Source: Octopus bimaculoides
Lineage: Eukaryota
Assembly: GCF_001194135.2 (NCBI RefSeq)
Contig: NC_068989.1
Span: forward strand, 49,388,585-49,452,584
Length of the DNA stretch: 64,000 bases
Direction of reading: 5' to 3'
Below the pieces are notes generated by a model. That model did not search any database. It worked only from the letters and a program-made list of their open reading frames with translations, and had not been told where the DNA came from. The position numbers and the translations under genes are program-made. Position 1 is the first letter of the stretch, and each line of letters opens with the position of its first letter. Below, one piece after another: positions 1 to 11,525 of this stretch.

Positions 1-419
1 GTTGCCAGTTTAACCAATAAAAACACTATATTTTGGGTGTTCACTTGCTTCAGCTTTACTTTATATTGGCCAGAGTTTTTTCCTCACATTTCTGTGACCT
101 CATCAGTGGTCCTTTGCTTTCTTCTTTCTTTTTTGTGTGTCTCCCCTTACTAATGATCTGCCATTTTGTATTCCCGTTGTATGTGTTTTTATTTGCACAT
201 GCGTATATCCCTGTGTGTGTGTCTATGTTTATTACGTGTGTGTGTGGGAATGTGACTGTTGTTCAAATCTACTTACTTTTACTTTTCTGTCTTTTTTTTG
301 TATTAAATTTAAATTTTATTTATTTTGTTAATGTATATAACTATTTAATTCCATTTATTTATCTGTGTATTGTATTATATTCATATTATTATCAGTTTAT
401 GGGGATCTTATTCTGTAAT

Positions 420-790
420 AGGTTGTGATATGTTGAGGGTGTGTGCTAGTGTCCTATTCTAGTTTCCTATTCAGGCTAGGTTTATCTTCTATTATGTGTG
501 TAACGTCCGTAATTTGTCTAAGCGTTGCGTCTGTTGTGTGGACAAGATTTTAACTTCTATGTTGTTGAGTGAGCCCCCGTGTTCCTACTCAGCGTGCTGA
601 TATATATATATAGATATATGTTAGCGATTTGTTTTTCCTCAGTCTTCCTTTTCTGCTGGACTTTCCTATGTTTCTGAAGAAGAGCTTTGCTCAAAGCGTT
701 AAACCATCTTACTTTCCTTCCCTGAGCATTTGCTAATACTTTACATGTAACACGTCCTCACATTGCTGTTTCTTTTGTGTGTTTGTTGTT
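420..790 (+). mobile_element. Penelope-like element terminal-repeat relic (family B)
   Basis: Contains a degenerate minimal hammerhead at 670-704. It is followed by tttccttccctgagc...taatact...cacgtcctcac, a block shared with 7985-8045. Boundaries approximate. Confidence 0.5.
670..704 (+). ncRNA. Degenerate minimal (PLE-type) hammerhead ribozyme
   Basis: GTTT-CTGAAGA-A-GAGC-TTT-GCTC-AAAG-CGT-T-AAAC. Stem I (GTTT/AAAC) and stem II (GAGC/GCTC) are intact, but the GAAA core is mutated to AAAG. Confidence 0.5.
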
Positions 791-2242
791 CGTTTATTTG
801 TACACACACATATATATATATATATATACATACACAGAGGTGAAAACTATTCTATTGCCAGTCGGGATTCATGCTAGCCCCAAGGTAAAGTCTTGATTTC
901 TCTCTATAGGAATATTTCTCCTGACAAGGCGAATGGGTCCCTTAAGTGGTTCCTAACACCGAAAGTGCAATAGAGAAGTAACCAATTATTTTCAAGTTGT
1001 GAATTCTATTTGCCATGTCACCCAAAGACAATTGTTATCGTGAGGAGAAATAATATGAGTGACATAATGGCTTTATAGCGGTTTTGGCTGCTATTTTTAA
1101 CATGTAAGGGTTTTTTTAACTCTCTTAGTTATAATCATCACTTGTTCATAATTATAAAAGTTTTTTTTTCTTCTTTATATTTTATGATAGCATGTTTGGA
1201 CATTGATATATTCATAAATAATCTTAATTATTTATAATATATCCTTCGTAATGTTTTTACATTACTCTCTACTCATATATAAGAGAGAGGGGGACTCGCA
1301 GAAATTAATAGGTTTTCTTATATAGATCTATCTACTTATAGTAACTGCAAAGAGCTGTTGCTTTTATATAGGAGGAGGTAAAAAACATATGATGTTTGTT
1401 TAATTCTAGCAGCCTCAAGGTTTCTTTTAACAGCAAGTTTGAAGTGTTTTCACAACTTAAATATCTTTCCTGAAGCCAATCATTATAGAAGAAACTGTTT
1501 TTCTGACTCAATGTACATAAACCTTCTTTTATTGGAAATATTTCCTGATAGAATAAAACAGGTTGTATATGTTATTCATTTCTTTTATTAATTTTTCGTT
1601 TTGTTGTTGATTTTCATGCACGTTCATGTATTTTCATTCCTTAGTGATAATGTGCATTCTACAAGCTTTAAAATTATCAATATCGGTTAAAACATTCTTG
1701 TAACAAAATATAAGCAATTAGGGTGTTGTTTTTATTTTTACTTTCTTTTTTTTTTAAGGAAAAAGGTATCTAGACAACAGTATATGTTTCATATGTTCAT
1801 ACACAGAAACTATCTGCTGTTTGTCTTTAAAAATGGAAAGGAACTAGTTGGAGAAAAATATAAAAATGCCCATATGCATTTCAGTAGACTGAATGGCAGT
1901 AAATGGCAAATACTGGAAGATTTGCAAACAGGCAGGCAGACAGACAAACAGTCAAGCTAGACTAAGATAGAGATGCAAATATGAGGCTTTTAAAAGAAGA
2001 GAAGGGGAGGAGCACAAACAGATAGGCAGGCAGATAAGAAAAGAGAAATTTTCAGATAGATAGATAGAAATAGGATATACTATCCTCACTAAAACTGTAG
2101 TTAATTTCACTAAAATAAGAAATATTGTGTCTCATGCAGTATCACTAAACAATAAATTCCATCAAGGAATTTCTTCCTTACAATGGTTCTTCAGCAAGGA
2201 ACAGCATCCAGTTACACTACAGTGTGTGATAGTGGTGCAACT

Positions 2243-2427
2243 GGTATTGGTAAGTAGGAGAAGGGGAAAATTGCATTAATATATCAATATATTAAATGGA
2301 GGTGCATCTATAATGAGAAGTTGCAGCTATCAAGCTGACAGACAATAGTTATTAAGCTGCCATTATGATGATGGTCATTCGAAAACTGATGCCCGATGAC
2401 AAGAAGCAAGCGAGAAGAAATCGGAAG
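2243..2427. repeat. Unclassified dispersed repeat, copy 1 (copy 2 at 5661-5840)
   Basis: Shares ggaaaattgcattaat, attaaatggag.tgcatct, aatagttattaagctgcca, gaaaactgatgcc and tgacaagaagcaag with 5661-5840. Confidence 0.65.
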
Positions 2428-2926
2428 TGTGTGTAACTGTATCATTCAACCATAGTAGTAGTTGAATATATTCTTAAGTCCACCATTTCATCAATAGCAG
2501 CAGCTTCCAAGGTTCACCACTAATTCAGTTCTCAACTAAATTGCAAACTGTTAATAGTTTTGAAGCAGACACCTCCTCAGCTACACTTTGGCATAAATAG
2601 TTTGAGATTTGATTCAGTAGAAAAAAGTTACATCAAAGTATCTGTGATGTCAGGAGGGGGGGGGGCAGTAAGGCAGATATTCATCTTCAATTAACATAAA
2701 TTTTTTTAATTTTAAATTAAAAGTATACCTTTCTTAGGCTTAAATGATAGAAAAATGCATGAGGAATTCAGAATCGCTAGTCACATTGAACAAAAATTAG
2801 TAGAAAAAGAGTTATGAGGTAAAATGTTATGAAATTTCATGTCAGTAAGTAAGGAAGTAAGGGAGTAATGATTAAGCAAAAAGAATAAAATAAAGAATAT
2901 ATTTCTAAAATGAATGTTTACTTTCT

Positions 2927-3200
2927 AAGGCGGTGAGCTGGCAGAAATATTACCATACCGAGCAAAATGCATAATGGTTTTTAGTTCAAATTTTGCCAAG
3001 GTCGACTTTGACATACAGATTATTTAATTAATTTTTTTTAACTAAACACTTTCAAACTTCCGATACTAGTAGAATATGTCACATAGAACAGGATTTATTC
3101 TTAACATTTTTGACAAAATTTTCTATTTTAGAAGCGGTATTTCGTATGTCTTTACATTCTGATTTCAAATTCCGCCAAGGTCGACTTTGCCTTTCATCCA
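2927..3200 (+). mobile_element. Fragments of a tRNA-derived SINE with Nin/Deu-type domain, interrupted and partly duplicated
   Basis: Head ggcggtgagctggcagaa, B-box-like gttcaaatt and ccaaggtcgactttgcctttcatcc, the same family as 33405-33622. The B-box/gtcgac block occurs twice (about 2983-3011 and 3165-3190). Confidence 0.7.
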
Positions 3201-3204
3201 TTTT

Positions 3205-3480
3205 GGATCTATTCAATTAGATGTACAGATTATCTAATTAATTTTTTTTTTAACTAAACACTTCCAAACTTCCAATACTGGTAGAATATGTCACATAGAA
3301 CAGGGTTTACTCTTAACATTTTTGACAAAATTTTGTATTTTAGAAGTTATTTTGTCAGAAGTTACAGAGTGACAATGGACAAATTCGTGTTTGATAAGTG
3401 CCAATACACAAAACTCTCAGCTTTTGACTTACTCTCTAACTTCTGCTGATAATATATATACATATTTGTGTAAAAAAATC
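3205..3480 (+). mobile_element. Left part of a Merlin-type non-autonomous DNA element
   Basis: Starts GGATCT like the TIR at 42251 and shares aaacactt..aaactt..aa.actggtagaat.tgtca and taagtgccaa blocks with 42280-42470. No right TIR found. Confidence 0.5.
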
Positions 3481-3499
3481 TCATCTTGCAATCGAACCA

Positions 3500-3690
3500 A
3501 TGAAAGCGCCTCAACCTGGTTGCTCGACACGCTAAAAATAGCAGCCGAAGTACCCCCCCTACCTAAATCATACGCCCATTGTATGTAATGTCCTAGATTA
3601 TCCCTAAAAAGATGGTTTGTTGAAGGCTGGAATGTCATTGATGATATGTTTGCAGTATCAGGGTTTATTTGAGGCTAAATAACATTATAA
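3500..3690 (+). mobile_element. 3' half of an (AAC)n-tailed SINE-like repeat
   Basis: aaatagcagcc...gtcctaga...ggctggaatg...ggctaaa. Related degenerate copies lie at about 19210-19378 and 24971-25265, and on the minus strand at about 63388-63440. Confidence 0.5.
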
Positions 3691-4286
3691 TCAATTTCTA
3701 TATCAACACCCGCATGATTTTCACTAAGAAAAAGAATTTGATTTTTTGCATGGAATCAAGTATTCTGACCTAATATGCTGCAAATCCCTTATTTTGGTTA
3801 GGAAAAAATGAGGGGGGGGGGGCAATCCTGAAATTATTGGACATTTTTTTCATTGAATGAATTCCTGTGACCTAATATTGCAAAATTAGGTTACTTAAGG
3901 TGCCCCTGGTAACTGATGGTTTTGGGGTCTTGTTGTTTGTAACTTTTGGTGAGCCATGGTGCAACCAACAGCATGGTAAAAATCCCTGCCATTAATTTTG
4001 TGTGGATGGGTAATATCAAATGATTCAATCACAACATATATTTAAATTAAACACAAAAAAGAATTGAAATATTATCATCACTTACATGGAAAAATTGAAA
4101 TATCATCTTTCAGTATTTTATAAGGTAAAATCTTCAACTATTAATTGACACATTATTAATTATCTTATAACAGTGATGCCTGGAAAAATCATAGATTACA
4201 TGGAAAAAATGCAAGCATGAAAAATCATATTCCTATGATTATAAACCTGGAAAAGTACAGGACAAGCTATTACACCTGTAAAAGTA

Positions 4287-4850
4287 NNNNNNNNNNNNNN
4301 NNNNNNNNNNNNNNNNNNNNNNNNNNNNNNNNNNNNNNNNNNNNNNNNNNNNNNNNNNNNNNNNNNNNNNNNNNNNNNNNNNNNNNNNNNNNNNNNNNNN
4401 NNNNNNNNNNNNNNNNNNNNNNNNNNNNNNNNNNNNNNNNNNNNNNNNNNNNNNNNNNNNNNNNNNNNNNNNNNNNNNNNNNNNNNNNNNNNNNNNNNNN
4501 NNNNNNNNNNNNNNNNNNNNNNNNNNNNNNNNNNNNNNNNNNNNNNNNNNNNNNNNNNNNNNNNNNNNNNNNNNNNNNNNNNNNNNNNNNNNNNNNNNNN
4601 NNNNNNNNNNNNNNNNNNNNNNNNNNNNNNNNNNNNNNNNNNNNNNNNNNNNNNNNNNNNNNNNNNNNNNNNNNNNNNNNNNNNNNNNNNNNNNNNNNNN
4701 NNNNNNNNNNNNNNNNNNNNNNNNNNNNNNNNNNNNNNNNNNNNNNNNNNNNNNNNNNNNNNNNNNNNNNNNNNNNNNNNNNNNNNNNNNNNNNNNNNNN
4801 NNNNNNNNNNNNNNNNNNNNNNNNNNNNNNNNNNNNNNNNNNNNNNNNNN
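4287..4850. other. Assembly gap (further gaps: 8664-8924, 42513-42535, 48693-48792, 51626-51837, 52978-53564, 57579-57811, 61726-62395)
   Basis: Runs of N, mostly next to (TA)n, (CA)n or (CAT)n microsatellites. Confidence 0.99.
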
Positions 4851-5660
4851 TATATATATATATATATATATATATGAGTTTCAAGTATAATAAAAGTGAC
4901 AGTTATTTTACAAAACATCGTATTTTAAAATGTGCCAGTGCATTGATAAAGTAATCATACAATTAAATTACTCTAAATGTGTGTGTGTGTGTGTGTTATA
5001 AAGCTTTTTAAAAGGAACAAAATGTTTCATTTATATCTTTACAGACTTTGCTAAAGTTCACATCTAGTTCTGAATATTGTAAAGATTTACAATAAATTTA
5101 ATCCTTAACAATGATTTCATTAGTGCTAATATAATTAGATTAATCGCTATCTCTATCTCATCTAATAACACAAGTAAATCGTGCCACATGGATCTGTATA
5201 TTCTGTTGTCAAGGAGCTAACCCTTCTAGCAACACTTGTCTTAATTGATACTTCATAGACCATGTTCTAAGAGTGAAATCCAGTTGACAATGACACTGTT
5301 TCATATATAGGAAAAGTAATTGTATTACTGACACAACTAAAATCATTGGCAGATTTATGCAAAGACAGCAGAGAGAAAAATTAAATTTGATGTGTTAGAT
5401 ACATGAGGGAATTTGCTGTGGTTGCTGTTGCTAACAATAACTGGTCAATTCTGCTTCACTAAGCTTGTTGGCAAAGAAATAACACACTGAATGTTTAGTA
5501 GCAATACATAGGTAGGGCACATTACACATAATAATCAGACTCTTTAATTATTTAACTAACTTTCTAGCTACATTTACACTGTCTTTCATGTGCTATAAGA
5601 CTCACACCACAAACAATTGCTTCCTGTTTTCAAGTTGGAATATTCATTGAGGAAAATGTT

Positions 5661-5840
5661 GGTATTGGAATGTAAGATAAAGGGAAAATTGCATTAATGT
5701 ATTAAATGGAGATGCATCTTTAACAAGAGATGGTAGCTATGAAGCAAACAGATAATAGTTATTAAGCTGCCACTGTGACAGTGACTATCATATGAAAACT
5801 GATGCCAAATGACAAGAAGCAAGTGAGAATACATCAGAAG
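5661..5840. repeat. Unclassified dispersed repeat, copy 2
   Basis: Same-orientation homolog of 2243-2427. Confidence 0.65.
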
Positions 5841-5869
5841 CATGCATAACTCTATGTTGCTGTTGACAA

Positions 5870-6490
5870 TAAGGGCACTAACAACTGCAATATCAACAAC
5901 AATGGCAGTGATGGCAAATATGAAAAGAACAAGAGTAATGACAAAGAAAATTAACAATAATAATTAGAATGATGACAATGGTAATTGTATGGTTGATGAC
6001 AACAACAATGATGAGCATGATGATAACAATGTGAAGGATAATGATGGGGATGATGACAAAAACAGTAATAAGAGTGGTAACAGTAATTGATGAAGATGAT
6101 GACAGTAATAACGATGATGACAAAGATGACAGTGATGAAGATAATTATAACAATGTCAAGAGAATAATGACAATAACAATTACAACAGTGACAATGATGA
6201 TAGCAATGACAACAAAATTATTAAGGAAGGTAATTAGGATGATGACGACTAACAATTAAGCTGACATAAACACTGGTGATGATACGTACAATAACAATAA
6301 TGATGATTAGGTCAATAACAATGATAATGATGAAAATAGTGAAAATGAGAATAAGAATAATAATGATGATAAAAACAGAAAAAGAATGAGATTAAAAACA
6401 AAAAGAACGACACTGAAGATAACAGAAAAAATGGTAATGGTATTTGTGAGAATAAAAATAATTATGTATATTATAATGGATGATGAAAAT
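5870..6490. repeat. Degenerate AAT/GAT/AAC trinucleotide low-complexity tract
   Basis: Long cryptic triplet periodicity. It yields spurious poly-I/D/N/M ORFs in the track. Confidence 0.9.
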
Positions 6491-7799
6491 TATACTCAAC
6501 ATTCACTGATTTTTTTTTTCATCCCTCAAGCAGAATTTCTATCCAAATTTATTTTTCTCTACCTTGTCTGTTTACCAATTTAAAATTTCAGTAGTGCCAG
6601 TATGAACTAAATTTATGGCTTAATGAAACTAATAGAAAATTTATGACTTAATTCAGATAAATAGAACCTAAAAGCTGAAGGTAAATATCATTTGAATAAC
6701 TGACAAACTGCCAAGATATACTTATACAGTAATAGCTACTGGAATTGGAAAGAAAGTTTCATTGAATCAGTACTGAAGTCAGAGAACAGCTCTATTGAGA
6801 TGCTCATTAAAGTGTATTAGTGATTAGATCTTTACAAACTCCACATCCATTTCACAAATTCTTTACATAGCATTCAAAGTGAAGACATCTTTACAATTTA
6901 AATAAACTAAATCACATTTTTGATGTTAGTGTACTGAATTACAACTAATTATATCTTACAGTGGACTTGATGGAGTTTTATAATCACTTCTATCATGGTG
7001 TACTTAGTGTAATATTAGTTGTTTGGTGAGCTTCCTAGAAATAACCAACCTAAACAGTTCTCTTGGGTTTTACAGCTAAAATTACATAGATGCAAATTTT
7101 TTTTTCTTTTTTCAAAAGAAACATTTAGGCAAAACAGCTGCAGGATTAAGGAGTTAGAACAACGATCTCATTGTCTTGACCTCAGATTTCACTACAGCAT
7201 CTACTACAATACTAAGACCTTAGGCAAGACATACAACTCTGCTTTCTTTAGAATGCTTAGCTGACAATAGATATCATCTCCACTTCATGGTCAAAATTGT
7301 TAAATTAGAAAGTATAGTCAAGTACAATAATTGTTCCAATGTTATGTAAAACTTTTTAAACATGAAAAACAGTCTGCTTATAGAGAAAAATGAAAATCAA
7401 TGATAGTTATTCAGTTGCAAAAAATAAATAACTACAACCACGCAGGGTTAACGTTTTTTTTTTCCTTTCCCAGTATCTGGTCTACACAGTACTTATTTCA
7501 CAATCTTTATCTTTGACTTGCTTCAATCATTACAAGGTGGCCATGCTGGGGCACTGTATAGAAGAATTTTAGTTGAATGAATCAACACCAGTACATATTT
7601 TTCATTTTTAAGCCCGGTATTTATTCTATTGGCTTCTATTACTGAACCTCTCTCTTTCTCTTTCTCTCTCGTCATACACACACACACACACACAAACACA
7701 CTAACAGATAAACCACCAAACCATGCACACACACACACACACACACATACATACGCACACACACGTTCTGTTATCACACACACTCGCAGACTTCCGCAC

Positions 7800-8075
7800 A
7801 CGCACAGATATTCATCTCCCTTTTTCATTCTCCTGTCTTAGAAAGAACTTTTCCCCCACCACCTCCTCTTCCGGTCTTTTCATAATGTAACCTCGTGGGC
7901 ATCGGTACCATTTTCCTCTTTCTCCGTTCTTCCATTCTCCGAACTTTCCATCTTTCCGACGAAGGGCTACGCCCGAAACGTCATACACTCTCTCTTTCCT
8001 TTCCTGAGCGTCCAATAATACTATCCATATCACGTCCTCACTTTGTTGTTTTTTTGTTTTTTTGTTATTGTTTTT
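7800..8075 (+). mobile_element. Penelope-like element terminal-repeat relic (family B, CpG-rich copy)
   Basis: Hammerhead-like motif at 7952-7986, followed by tttcctttcctgagc...taatact...cacgtcctcac shared with 712-770. Confidence 0.55.
7952..7986 (+). ncRNA. Degenerate minimal hammerhead ribozyme
   Basis: CCGACGA-A-GGGC-TAC-GCCC-GAA-ACGT-C. Stem II is perfect and the palindromic ACGT loop is intact. U4 is changed to C and stem I is only partly paired. Confidence 0.55.
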
Positions 8076-8120
8076 TTTAACTATATATATATATATGTAT
8101 ATATACACGCACACACACAT

Positions 8121-8488
8121 AGGCACAGGTGTGACTGTGTGGTAAGAAGCTTGCTTCCCAACCACATGGTTCCAGGTTCAGTCCCACTGCATGGCACCTT
8201 GGACAAGTATCTTCTCCTATAGCCACAGGTGAGCCAAAGCTTTCTGAGTGGATCTGGTAGATAGAAACTGAAAGAAGCTCATTGTATGTATGTATATACA
8301 TTTGTGTGTCTGTGTTTGTCTCCCTACCATCACTTGACAACTGATGTTAGTGCATTTTTGTCCCTGTAACTTCATAGTTCAGCAAAAGAGACCAATAGAA
8401 TAAGTACTAGGCTTACAAAGAATGAGTTCTGAGGTTGATTTGTTCGACTAAAGGTGGTGACTGAAACAATTGAAAGAATAAAAGAATA
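8121..8488 (+). mobile_element. Full-length tRNA-CORE SINE
   Basis: tRNA-like head (tgtggtaagaagc...ggttcagtccc), CORE-like ggcaccttggacaagt, internal (TA/TG)n and tail gactgaaac..aaaagaata. Confidence 0.85.
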
Positions 8489-8519
8489 CATATACACACA
8501 CACACACACACATACACGA

Positions 8520-8640
8520 CAAGCTGCTTTCATTTTTCCATCAACCAAATTCACTCTCAAAGCTTTGGTTGGCCTGAGACTAGTAAACGCTACATACCAA
8601 AGGTGCCACACAGTAGCAGCTTGGGAAAGACATGCCTATA
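8520..8640 (-). mobile_element. Degenerate tRNA-CORE SINE 5' fragment
   Basis: Reverse complement of the head/CORE region (ccaaattcactctcaaagctttggttgg...aaggtgccacacag). Confidence 0.65.
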
Positions 8641-9043
8641 TACATATTTTTATTTATATATATNNNNNNNNNNNNNNNNNNNNNNNNNNNNNNNNNNNNN
8701 NNNNNNNNNNNNNNNNNNNNNNNNNNNNNNNNNNNNNNNNNNNNNNNNNNNNNNNNNNNNNNNNNNNNNNNNNNNNNNNNNNNNNNNNNNNNNNNNNNNN
8801 NNNNNNNNNNNNNNNNNNNNNNNNNNNNNNNNNNNNNNNNNNNNNNNNNNNNNNNNNNNNNNNNNNNNNNNNNNNNNNNNNNNNNNNNNNNNNNNNNNNN
8901 NNNNNNNNNNNNNNNNNNNNNNNNTTTCATTTGCTTGACCTGTTGCTCAGTGCTTACCACTTCTCCATATGCGTAGCATCTTAATTTGTTGAAATTTTAT
9001 TCTCACCATATTAAACATGTTAGCACCTAAATCTCTACATTTA

Positions 9044-9250
9044 CTCTTTTGATACCAACCCACCTGAGACCACTTTGATTCTGTAGTACATACTTCTTGC
9101 TTAAAATCAAAATCTTCCATCAAAATTTCATGTCAATTTATATCCCGAACATCAGTTTAATAATGACTAAGTCATTTTACTAAATTCTTTATTATTTTAG
9201 AAAATGAAACAAAATTATTATATTTCAACAGAAATGATTTTAACAAAGGG
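9044..9250 (+). mobile_element. piggyBac-type MITE family B
   Basis: Ends aacaaaggg|TTAA. Internal sequence is homologous to 18147-18366. Confidence 0.65.
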
Positions 9251-9469
9251 TTAAAGAATGTCACCTAAGCCAATCCTCATTTAATGGTATGCCCATCAAT
9301 TACAGAAGCAGAGATACATTGGCAATAAAAGCTGATTTTACACACCTGGTGATTTTACTTTCATTCATCATGGAAAAGTTGATAAGGATGTTCTTCTTGA
9401 TAAGATTTTTTAATTAGATGAATACTGGATTTTTACATTGTTACAGGGAATGCAGGTATTGAAAATTTT

Positions 9470-9619
9470 GAATGTTGTGAATTAACCATGTATTATCTCA
9501 TAGCTTTGAGACTTCAATTATTTGCTTTTAGAATGACATTGTAGGGTAGATGTGAGAGGCAGGATCTGGCCAGTTTGAACATAAATCAGGTAAGATAGTT
9601 AGGCTTAAATGCTAAAGGA
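9470..9619 (+). mobile_element. piggyBac-type MITE family A (5'-truncated)
   Basis: Homologous to 12973-13192. Ends aatgctaaagga|TTAA. Confidence 0.7.
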
Positions 9620-9674
9620 TTAAAAAAAATTACAAAATTTCAATGGATTTATTTTGCAGATAACAGAGACAGAT

Positions 9675-9835
9675 AATTGTTTGGTTAAGAAACTTGTTTC
9701 CCAAACATGTGGTTTCAGGTTCAGTCCGACTGCATGGCACCTTGGGGAAATGCTGTCTATTATAACCCTGAACCAATGAAAACCTTGTGAGTGAGTGGAT
9801 TTGGTAGACAGGAACTGAAAGAAACCCAGTGTGCG
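9675..9835 (+). mobile_element. tRNA-CORE SINE 5' half
   Basis: ggttaagaaacttg...ggttcagtccg...ggcaccttgg...gagtggatttggtagac. Confidence 0.75.
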
Positions 9836-11114
9836 TATATAAATATGCATGTACACATGCATAAGTGTAGGACAGGTGTATGTCCCCTTTTCTTTTCAGT
9901 ACCCTTCCCATTTTCAGCTTGTAAACTGTCTTACCCAAGAGCAAAATGATACCAGCAAGGAAATAATTTCATGATTGGTAAGATTTTGTTTTATCCTCTA
10001 TTTTATGACAGTTTTAACTGATTTGAAAAACTTTTAAATCTGATAATGGCCATATACTTTTAATTTTAGTTGATTTTTTGTTAGGGGTTTTTTTTTCTGT
10101 CTTTGTTTGTTCTTAGTGTAAATTCAAAAGACATGCTAAAATTTATAACTAAGAAAGAAATAAAATTTTGGCAAACTCATTTGTTTTCTCTTGTCTTAAA
10201 AGTCCATCCATCAATGTCAAATTTCAGCAATCAGTTGGATAATACTAGCCAACTGTCCCTCATCACGCTGACAATAACAGGATTTTATTTCTAACAAACA
10301 TTTCTTTTGTGCTCAGAATTTTCTTCAAGTCAATAAAATTTGTCAGAATATTCCATGCCTTATGGTAAAAAAAAAAAGTATAAAACTGAAAGAGAAATAA
10401 GGAGAATTGCAAATACACCAAGTTTCATGAGACAAAGCAATATTTCTTTATGACATCTCAGTCATCAACTAAATCTTTGAGATTTGTGTAAAATCAGCTT
10501 TCAGCAGTAATGTATCACTGCTTCTGTAATTGATGACATAACATCAAATGAGGATTGTTTCAGGCAAAACCAAAGGCAGAGGGAATTAAGCTACATGAGA
10601 TATGAGTCAAAGCAAATCTAATTGCTACCGTCCACAATAACTTTTCTATTACGTACACATTTATACTAGATGTATAAGGTCACTGCGTGCGCCACTCAAC
10701 ATTAGAACAACTCTATTTCTTTTCCTAGTATTTTTCATTCATGCATAGCATCAAACTGAAATTACAAACATGGAATATGATAAAATCATAATTAACAGGA
10801 AAAAATAAAAGTTTTTCACTAGTATGTTGGTCATGTAGTATGTGAGCTGTTCTTCTTATGCAATCATTTAATACATGCTGTCAGCTCAGTGTATCAATCA
10901 ATCTATGGTAGAATCTCTACCTTTTAATTTCTCTTTGTCTTTCACTCAAAATAGCAATGTCTGGACCATTTCCCTCTTTCTCTCTCTCAAAATGTTCAAT
11001 TTTAACCCTCCCCATCTTTAGCCTGCATTTCTCTCACTTCATATACCTCTTAGCCTGTTTATATGCTTCTGAAAACACCAACAAACACGTACATGAATAC
11101 ACACGTGTGCACAT

Positions 11115-11486
11115 ATCATCATCATCATCACCATTTAATATCCATCTTCCATGCTGGCATGGGTTGAATGGTTTGACAAGAGCCAGCCACTTAGAAGACT
11201 ACACGAGGCTACTATATCTATTTTGGCATGGTTTTTATGGCTGGATGCCCTTCCTAATACTTGAGTGCTTTTTATGTAGCACCAACACAGTCAAGGTCAG
11301 TTTTGTTATGGTTTTTACAGCTGGATGCCCTTCCAAATGCCAACCACTTCACAGTGAGGACTGGGTGCTTTTTACATGGCACCAGCACCAACAAGGTCAC
11401 CAAGAACTTCCAAGACAAGGAATTTTGAGAAAGAAAGGACATTGGATGAGGTACTCTTGTGTCACATGATGAAAGGTTAGAGTGTG

Positions 11487-11490
<4 letters not shown>
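11115..11490 (-). mobile_element. (GAT)n-tailed SINE/RTE-related repeat, internally duplicated
   Basis: (CAT)n-atttaatatccatcttccatgctggcatgggttg; ggatgcccttcc occurs twice. Same family as 51405-51625. Confidence 0.75.

Positions 11491-11525
<35 letters not shown>

Noticed and set aside
850-975. GGCGAATGGGTCC (about 938-950) resembles the HDV-ribozyme J4/2-P2 end, and GGATTCA upstream could pair as P2
   Set aside because: No P1 helix, no L3 consensus and no P1.1 pairing could be built. Left as an unclassified segment.
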